Part shown: in pieces, positions 21,452 through 31,039 of the stretch
How positions within the stretch are numbered: position 1 is the first letter of the stretch
Layout: the number at the start of each line of letters is the position of its first letter
DNA from: Ginkgo biloba
Taxonomy: Eukaryota > Plantae > Ginkgophyta
Length of the DNA: 31,039 bases
NCBI GenBank assembly: GCA_024626585.2
Contig: JANKJI020000002.1
Span: forward strand, 18,223,247 to 18,254,285
Direction: 5' to 3'
The notes under the pieces: model-generated
What the model was told of the DNA's origin: nothing
The model's input: only the letters and a program-made list of their open reading frames with translations
Databases searched by the model: none
Position numbers and translations under genes: made by a program

Positions 21452-23001
21452 NNNNNNNNNNNNNNNNNNNNNNNNNNNNNNNNNNNNNNNNNNNNNNNNN
21501 NNNNNNNNNNNNNNNNNNNNNNNNNNNNNNNNNNNNNNNNNNNNNNNNNNNAAAAACCCATGTGAGCTAGTGGACTCATTGCAAAGTAGAATGAGACTAA
21601 CAGGGGCACTATGTGAAGTCAAAAGATAAGAAACAAAACTTGGGGACTACACAATGGAGCCTAGACATGAGAGATGGTATAATGAAGCCTAGAGATGACA
21701 CAATTACCAACAAACTTCCGATGAGGGACGCATGGGTAAAGGGGTAACTCATGATTGCAACAGATTATATGAACACCTAATTCATCCTAGAACAGTGTCA
21801 CTAGAGTTATGCATGGTGACAAAAGATTTAGCAAAGTCTATGATGAGATTCGAAACTACAATGAAAGATTACAAGTAATTTTTCTATAATTATATTTAGA
21901 TATTATAAAGTTAGAGTTAATTTGATTAAAATATCATGATTATTTATTCAGCCATTCATCTTACTATATTCCACCCATTGGTACATATTCTTTTTCTATT
22001 TTCTTCTACCTCAAACTTTGAGTGCCATGTTGGACATTGAATTCTAGCTTCTCCTCAATAGATATTTATTTTAACTATACAAACTATTAAGATTAAAAAT
22101 AGAGAAATTATATATTTTTTTTAAAGGTGTAAGAACATAGATTAATTAAAATCATAAAATAATATGATTGGGTACTTGTAAGTGTTCTAATAATCATCAT
22201 ATATCCTCCTTTCCCTAATCAATGTCTCTTTACTAATTTATATGAAACTAAGGTATGCTCATATTTATCCTTTTTCTTATTCTAAAACCTTAGCTTGTAT
22301 TTTTTACATGCCCTTTCCCTACCTATATTTTTCTTTTCTTTCATTTATAAAATTTTCCATTTATCATTAGAGAAATAGAGAGGTTTTGGATAATATTTTT
22401 CCTCTATTATATATCTGTTCAATGAATCCCTCTTATGGCTTAGATATCTTGTAGCACATGCTAACACTCTATCCAACATCAATGCATCGATAAATTTGAC
22501 GATCAAGAACTTAATCAATTCATCCATTAACTTAGAGTCATGGATTCTCTAATATTTTAAATTATTAGTGCTAAATGAATTATTGCAATTGGGTGAAAGC
22601 ATGCTAATTTATCCATGTTTTANNNNNNNNNNNNNNNNNNNNNNNNNNNNNNNNNNNNNNNNNNNNNNNNNNNNNNNNNNNNNNNNNNNNNNNNNNNNNN
22701 NNNNNNNNNNNNNNNNNNNNNNATTATTATTATTTTTTTGATTCCCTAAGCCATACCATGGATGCATGCGTATGTATAGTATACCATGGAAGCAGGTTCT
22801 AAAAAAAGTGTGCAATGCCATAGTATAACACTATTATCTGTGCATTTCCACATTATGATAGAGATGGTTTAAAAAATAAAATTAACTTAAAAAAAGTAAT
22901 TTTTTAAATCTTTATCAATATTTAATGACAATTTATAAGCACTAGTGAGCATCACAAATAGAGAAAGAGATTGTGATGAGATATGTAGATTGTATATATA
23001 A

Positions 23002-23650
23002 TTAGATGATAGGAAGAAGGCCATTTTGCAATCATACAATCTTGGTAGAGCATGCAGAGTCATGAAAATTCATGTTGACTCAACATAAATTATAGAGCTA
23101 CTCTACCACTAGGATGTAGCACGATAGGCCTTCCTCCTTCCTACTTTTAGAAATATGTACATCACTTGCTATGAAATCTATCATATTATGAGAGTGAGTA
23201 GGATAGTAGACATAGTGGCTTCTGAGACATGTTAATTAAGTGAGGCTTACATATACTTGGATGGCTATAATGATGCTACATTGATAGTACACCATGGGAT
23301 TACTACTTTAGTACTTTATGAGGACAAATTCCCTCATTTAAGATGTATCATTACTTTATCCATTGTTTATAGGATCTCATATAGTCAAAACTTTGATGGC
23401 ATTCTATCTTCATGTGTTTCCATTGTTCATAAATGCATAGCAAGAGAGAGGTTTGACTAGGCCTCTTGTATACTAAAAGGATCGAGATATTAGCTAGATG
23501 GGATCAGACAAAGAGGGATAGGTGGCCCCAACTACTCTTCATTAGTACTCTCTTAGCTCTTTTATCATTTCCACACTTTTTGATCAAGTATTGGCCTAGC
23601 CATGATACTAGGAGCTAATGATATTTCCATGTTGATATGGAAAATGGTTT
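23002..23650 (+). mobile_element. Plant Mobile Domain (PMD) coding relic, probably retroelement-borne
   Basis: One frame reads LDDRKKAILQSYNLGRACRVMKIHVDST*IIELLYH*DVAR*AFLLPTFRNMYITCYEIYHIMRV...RFD*ASCIL. This matches the PMD pattern D..LI.AL.ERW..ET.TFHLP.GEMTITL.DV..I and the later (Y/F).W(G/A)...L; both Trp positions are TAG. Confidence 0.6.
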
Positions 23651-26600
23651 CATGGGGAGCTCCATTATATGACTATCATAGGAGAAAGGGAGGATCCTAG
23701 GTATCATTTACATAGTCAGATGCTAATAATATTACTAGGAATCCATACTTATGGATGAATTAGGACTCATATGATGAGGTTATAGAGATGTAGAATGAAC
23801 CTGAGAAGATACATGAGGACCATTCCTTGAGTATAGTCATGTAGAGTAGGCAGAGGATGAGGAGAAAGAGGAAGAGATATATCCTATCCATCAAGTTACA
23901 TCTAAATAAGGAGGAGTTCCTCTTTCAAATGTGCATAGCTCAAGAAGGCCACCATTGGAATCTACTTTAGGTAAATCACTTTATCAATCTATTTATAAAT
24001 TTTCAAAATAGTTTTATGTACATGCCTTGACATGTATTAATATTTGAAAAATAAGGGGAGATCACAATACTAGAATCCATAATGGATCCAATTCTAAGAG
24101 ACATATTTCAGACCACATTACCATATCCAATTCTATACCCACCCTCTATTATGGTGTCTGACAACTAGGCATTTATGCCCACCTACCGAGTAGATGTTCT
24201 TTATGATGATTTGAGATGATAACTAATAACTAGTTAGGTAGAGGTTAGAGTGTTGAAGGATATAATTCATATGGATCCACTTGGTACTCCTTCATACTCA
24301 CATCACTGATCTAGATCATGATCAACGGGCAACTCACATAAGATTCCCTTTGATACTGGATAGGGGGTGGTGATAGTAAGAGTGAGATCCCATAGAGATA
24401 GTCATGTCTTTATTTTTTTTATGTCTTAGTGATATGCATAAGGTGATAACTGGTAGTTCTTAAGAGGACGAACATAGGCATGTTCCCCCTTTCACAGCTT
24501 GCCACCAACAATACACTTTTTATTTCTGATAAGCACCAAACTTGTGGAAGGGTTGAAAGTTCCATTGAACTTGGTATCAAGTACATACCAACAATCTTTC
24601 TATGCTAAGTGTGGTTTCTTGACAACTTCATGGGAAAATCCTAAACAAGAATATTAGATCAGAACTATTTGGTGAATTCGCTTGAAGGTTGCCAATGCTT
24701 CCACAAACTTTGTTTGTTCAATTCAATAACAAGTTCCCTTTGTCTTTGTTGGAAATTAATGTTATTAGAATCANNNNNNNNNNNNNNNNNNNNNNNNNNN
24801 NNNNNNNNNNNNNNNNNNNNNNNNNNNNNNNNNNNNNNNNNNNNNNNNNNNNNNNNNNNNNNNNNNNNNNNNNGCGATTTAATGTTTCATTCTTAATATT
24901 CAACTATGCCAACTATACTAGTGGTTAACTCTATCTTTGTATCAACAACACTATTTTGCACAATTATAGTTTCTACAATTATAAATAATAACATTATTTT
25001 CTTAAAACACACATAAAAAAACATATCATAACATTCACAACACTCATAGAGACCAAGGAGAATTCATTAATTAATTATTCTCACCCATTCCCAATGAATT
25101 AACATGATACAATGTACATATAGGCATAAATATTTGCCATTTCCTAAATAGAATATTCCTTATAAAAGACTATTCTTTCTTTTACTTTAAAATAACATAT
25201 CATAAAATAAAATAAACACATCATATACTATATACAATAATACAATAATATTATTATGCATATCTAATGTCACCTCTATTATAAATCTCTTTTTCATTAT
25301 AGCCCAATTATTTAGTTTATAAATATTATGGTTTATAATGATTTTTATTAACCATTATCCTTTAAATAATTTTCAATATTTATCCTTGTCTTTATTTTTT
25401 TTTATCAAATGATTTTTTATTAATAGTTCACATCTTTATATCCTCCTTAAGGGATTTATATTAAGCATTCTTCTTTGAATTCATTTCAATAATTATCTCA
25501 TCCTTGAAATTTATGATTTGATTGTTTACTTCCTAATCTCTTCCCCAAATGATTTTTTATATATTTAAGAAAATAATTTTCTTTCCTTTCATGTCAAACT
25601 ATATCCTACAGATATACAAAACCAAATATTAATAAAATAGTATGGGATCCCTTGACAACAATATTTTTTATCATAGTCATTAGGTGAAAATAATCCCGAA
25701 TGCAAATAATATTTATTTTGTATATTCATCTCCCTCCAAAAAGTGTACTCCCATGATGCGAAATTATTAAAACATCTCCAACTTATGAATTTATTTGTAT
25801 TATTAATACACTTATTGATTATGAGGGATAAGGATACATTTTACCTTTATTATTGCCTATAAAGTACCTATTTTATTACACCTTATATTATTTCATAAGG
25901 AATTAGTTGTAAGTAAGAAAAACTATTATTAGAATCCTTATTTTTTCCCAAGTGCATTATGTAAACTTGAAAACACTTTCAATAAATAGTACAAATCACC
26001 TAATTTCAAGATTAAATTCATATCTTTCAAATAGTTGAAAATATAAATATGAATTATATTATTCACTACCAACCAAACTATTCTCCATTAAAATCATCAT
26101 AATTATGAGGTACATTTTTCAACTATTTAATTCTCCATTCAATCATATATTTTTATTGTAAATATTTCATGCATTTTCATAGTAATTACATTCCAATAAA
26201 GGTCTACTAAAATATAAAGAAGAGGTAATATATGATCCAACCTCAACTTCTTATCAATAATCACTCCATATTAGAATTTGATTATGACATATCGTATTAC
26301 TCACTTCACCATAACCATTTGAATAGAGGAAAATAGAGTACATGCATGGAGACATAGAGGCTGGGGAAATACTACCTATTGGTAGAGTAAATTCTAGGTA
26401 GATGCATATGTGATCTAAATCTAACCTTTGTTCTATAATTAGAGAAATAGTTCTTAGTATTAGAGGTGACATATAGTGACATAGAGGGAAAGTAGATTCC
26501 TACCTTTTATGATGGATTGTGTAATCCAAAATGTGCTTACTTTTACAATTAAATTGGTATCCTTTAAAAATAACATATAATGTCTTAATATCAAATGAGT

Positions 26601-27662
26601 ATCAATGTTACTATTATAGCATTAGTATAATAGGATAAAACTATGCTTAATTTTATACTTTAGGACTTAGCCTTAAAAAATGAGACATGTCATCCTAATC
26701 TGTAATAAATATTAAATTTATTCTTGTAATATCACAATAGTATTCTAAGAGATACATTTACCAAGTTATGGAGAATTAAATTACACTAAGGGCTGGACCA
26801 TAACTTATCATAATATAGTAGGTAGCCTTTCTAGAGTGAGAAACAAGAGTAAGCATGGTCCACCCTAATTTTTGTAGAATAAATAAATAAGATACACTTC
26901 ATATGATACAACATGTCCTCTTGCATTACTCTTTAGACTTCATCTAAGGAATTCATAGTCATATGTTTATTGTGTGATTAAAATATCTAAATTAATCATT
27001 TATGTAGAAAATATTTGGTGGTTTAAATGATACCATTAGAAGTAGAATATGATGACCCCCATTTTATCTTTGTATTTATTCAAAAAATTATAATTTATAA
27101 ATCAAACCCAAGTGTTATTAAAGGAATATTATTTTAAAATAAATTATTTTAAACCATGTATTAAGATCCCTCTAATAATGGGTCCATATTCAATACTAAA
27201 TATTGACNNNNNNNNNNNNNNNNNNNNNNNNNNNNNNNNNNNNNNNNNNNNNNNNNNNNNNNNNNNNNNNNNNNNNNNNATAGTTATGGTGACTATTTCT
27301 CAATCATTTCCTATGAACTTTGAGTATTGAAAAAATTTTCTTACCCTCAATGGAGTTATGATTTGTCTAATATCAAAATTTGTCAAAATGGACTTAGTAA
27401 TAAATCATATTCCATAAATCTCTATGTGGGAATAATATAGGAGTACCTATTTTATATACAAAGTATATTGAATTCGTTACCACTGTTGGAATAATTCCAA
27501 NNNNNNNNNNNNNNNNNNNNNNNNNNNNNNNNNNNNNNNNNNNNNNNNNNNNNNNNNNNNNNNNNNNNNNNNNNNNNNNNNNNNNNNNNNNNNNNNNNNN
27601 TTGAGATCTTATGAATAATGAGATTCTACAACAATTTCACTTAATATAATTTTAAATTTTGT

Positions 27663-27724
27663 TATATATATATATATGTGTGTGTGTGGGTGAGTATTTG
27701 TATATGTGTGTGTGTGCTTGTGTG
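27663..27724. repeat. Compound (TA)7(TG)6 microsatellite with further TG runs
   Basis: Read directly from the sequence. Confidence 0.9.
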
Positions 27725-28379
27725 TTATTTAAAAAAATAAAATTCATACATAATATAAATAATTATTAAATTACTTTTTGGAGGAACAAAAATTAGGATG
27801 TTTATTTAATAATTAGAAGAAATAATCTATATATAAAGAACAACATCAATTTTAGATATAGATTAAAGTTCATTGATACCACACTACCCATAATTTGATA
27901 TTTTTATTATTATATTCTATCATAACTCCTGTATATCTTAGGAAGAGGTGACAAAGATCACTGGGTTTGAGTTCAAATATGAGCAATTAATATTAATTAG
28001 ATGAATGTTGATATGGTTCAATCCTTTGATTAAGTGCCTATTTTGTATGTGATATAATATTTTAAGAGAGAAATAACATGGATCATTCATTTTAAGATTA
28101 TCCATAAATAGGATTATGGGATAAAGAGTCCATGTTTAATTAAAGGTGTAGGTCCTCTACCAGCGATGGTCAAAATTAGTTTTGAATGGGATCTTGTTTG
28201 TAAGAGTGAGGATNNNNNNNNNNGGGGGAGGGGGTGAAGAATAAATTTAGAGAATGTAATACCTCAGTTAGAAATAAATCCAATATTTATAACATATAAC
28301 AAGTCAACTATGATATTGATAGACTTGCAACTTTATGGTATCTAAACTTATAACATGCTAATCATTGCCTCCATATTCC

Positions 28380-28950
28380 TCCAATGGTTTCATAATAGCT
28401 CTCAAGGTGTGAATAAACTTAGTAGGTTCAATTTTTAAACTTGAATGGTGAATCTTTTTGTGTTGTTATGATCATATTAGGACAAAATAAAGAGGAGGAG
28501 GTTGGTGGATGATTAAGAAAGAGGCAATATAAGTAGAGGTTATAGAGTTGTAGTCAATGACATATACATATGTCAATAATTGAGCATATTTAATGCATTA
28601 ATAGTACTATAATGTATTATAATATAGCTCTTAAGTTCCATGATTTGAATTAATTTTTTTTTTCAAACCAAATGGCATATGTATATGCTTTGCCTATGAT
28701 TTTTCCCTCTCAGAAATTGTCAAGAATTAAAACCATAGTAATCTGAGAAAAAAATTATGGAGAGTACCTGTAAGTGAGATATATCTCTGATGATTTATAA
28801 TGATCTAGTTTATATAATGCATGGAAATACCTATAATTTAATTTGAAGTTATTTCTCTATTAATAATTTCCATTGTTGGTGGGATAAAAGGTGGATGAAT
28901 ATATATTTGTGCCAATGTATGGATCATTATTATATTTTTCATCTATATAA
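28380..28950 (-). mobile_element. Possible L1 endonuclease relic
   Basis: Weak remnants YGFNS (cf. GDFN) and NHPP...PFKFKN (cf. SDH.P...PFKFEN) in the right order. Confidence 0.3.
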
Positions 28951-29449
28951 ATGAGTCGTAACTTGTCATCATTTAGCACTCAGAATGCATAAGTACATCC
29001 TTGTTGTCCTTATATCTATTTGGGATGTAATCATAATTATAATTAAATATAAAAATCATTGGGACTACATCATTATTTCATGAGATTTCTATGCTTTGAG
29101 CTACACCCCAAGCTAAGAAGATTAAAAAAAAAGATGAAATTCAAAATATGCAAGTCTATAATAGTTGTGAACATTGGTTAATGAAGTCAAACTAAATACA
29201 AANNNNNNNNNNNNNNNNNNNNNNNNNNNNNNNNNNNNNNNNNNNNNNNNNNNNNNNNNNNNNNNNNNNNNNNNNNNNNNNNNNNNNNNNNNNNNNNNNN
29301 NNGAATTTATTTTATTTTTCTCATTGCACTTATAGATTTTGAATATTTTAGGATTTCATTTACTTTGAATATTTTAAAATTTTTTAAGAAAAATAAAAAA
29401 TCTCATAAGAATATGAGAAAATATTATAAGTATCTAAGACTAATTAACC

Positions 29450-30100
29450 TCAAACTATTGAAATATTTAAAATACATGTATAGTGAACATGTTGAAATAT
29501 ATCACTCTAATAAGACCCTAAATTTGGAAACTATAAACTAATCATCTCACTTAGAGATGAATTTTTTCTTCTATACCATGCTTAAGCTAACAATCTAGTA
29601 TTAACACAACCTAAACTTTATGCTTTCCATTAGGGTCCATATTTTTCTAGTTCATGATAATATTCACCCTAATTCTACATCCTAATCTCACATCATGCTA
29701 AATTATAGAACAACTTTATATGACATGTTAAATAGACTCTAGAGAACCTAATAGACCATCCTAGAGAATTAGTTTGTAAGCCTATTTTATATAAGTAAAT
29801 ATTTTTGGTGACCATGTTAGGGAGAAGTCAATCTTAAATTTCTATTTTCATGTCAAATTAATCCTTATCATATATTAGTATTAGGTTCTTTATAAGAGTA
29901 TAGGGTCTACATATCAAGTACACTCATCTCCCAAAATGTATGTATCATAGTCTAAACACATGGTTGCTTCTTGGCTTGCTCCAAATCCATTATGCCTTGA
30001 TGGCCAATAGGGACCTTTTATAACTATCACCATCCCCTTTCCTAAATATTCTCATAACTTAGATTCTAATATAAATGAACACATGTAGTCCTACCTTACG
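29450..30100 (-). mobile_element. Heavily decayed Gypsy RT relic
   Basis: Ordered remnants EYLGKGMV..KGPY, TMCLDY, FKIDF..GHQ and MDPNGK (cf. ELL.KG.I.PS.SP, RMCVDY, FSKIDL.SGYHQ, VDP.K). Confidence 0.4.
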
Positions 30101-31039
30101 GAATATACCACTCATAGAGTTTTGACAGAATAAGTTTCTATGTGAATATTTTATTAAAATCTTATAAGAAATGCCATTAATGGTACTACTTATTCCCACC
30201 TCAACCGATCACTTCTTGGCATGAACTGGGTGATTCTAATTTAGCTAGTTTTTTATTGTTATCATAAAAAATTTGGGAGATTTTATTAAGGACTTTATTT
30301 CCATATCCCTTAAGCTAATGAAGTCCATACCAACCTTTGATTCGTATAATGATGTAACATGTCATATATATTACTATAATGATATCCTTTCAAAATATAA
30401 ATTTAGAATATAAGAGACCCCTAAGCATACTATACAATATATGATTGACACATTATAAAATATGAGGAATGCCTCTAGAGGCATGGAATGATCCCCAAGC
30501 CTATCTCGCCTTAGGTCAACCCTAATATGCCATCAATTTCTAATGAGGTAAAAACTATAAAATAACATATAAATAAGGTTGCACAAATTATTTCTAATAA
30601 AATATAGGATGGTCAAATCAACACCTTTGGTATAACTCTTAATGATATCAACTACATAGGTTATCTCCCCACCATAATGTACTCTTGTATTAACTTGATC
30701 TTACTATCCTAACCAACAATTGACTACTCGTTGAAGTCATATGTGGTATGGATTTTTTTGTTGTTCCTATTATGACTCTTATTAATATATTTCTTGATAG
30801 TCTCATTGCCTCATCCATTGATACCCTCACATGTCCTTGGTATGATCCTTCCCTTAGGCATGGAACTATAAATGGTGATCATAATGTAACTCCTTGGGAT
30901 CTTTCCCCTATTTTTGTCCCTGTTTGGCTTTCTTGTATAAACTCTCCTCCTCCTTCCTATGTTCATTGTCTTGCCATCTTCGAGAGTAGTCTCTTTGCTT
31001 TTTGCTAATTGTTCTCCTTACCTGTGACCTTATGTTGTT

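Noticed and set aside
1029-27330. ORF-track entries containing X runs
   Set aside because: Their length is inflated by N gaps; apart from Csl exon 2 they have no coding support.
1-31039. Biosynthetic gene cluster around the Csl gene, or a full-length LTR element
   Set aside because: No other intact host gene (P450, OSC, UGT and so on) is visible, and I could not identify paired LTRs, a PBS or target-site duplications.

Overview
This is eukaryotic plant genomic DNA from a fragmented short-read scaffold with 21 N-runs, most about 100 N long. It is AT-rich and strongly CpG-depleted; a gymnosperm-like origin is my inference from the repeat style. One apparently intact host gene is present: an 8-exon cellulose synthase-like GT2 gene on the minus strand (20656 to 17558), closest in motifs to the CslB/CslH clade. 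It encodes about 743 aa once a 153-nt assembly artefact in exon 2 is removed. All seven introns are GT-AG, and the DDG, DCD, TED and QxxRW motifs are intact. The gene and its upstream region form a CpG-retaining island inside decayed retroelements: several Ty3/Gypsy pol relics, a Plant Mobile Domain relic, LINE fragments, an 86-bp tandem array and microsatellites. I see no CRISPR array, RNA gene or prokaryotic system. The best leads are the divergent active-site-proximal motifs of the Csl protein, the PMD relic, and a few unidentified coding-like relics. I cannot claim a genuinely new system from this sequence alone.
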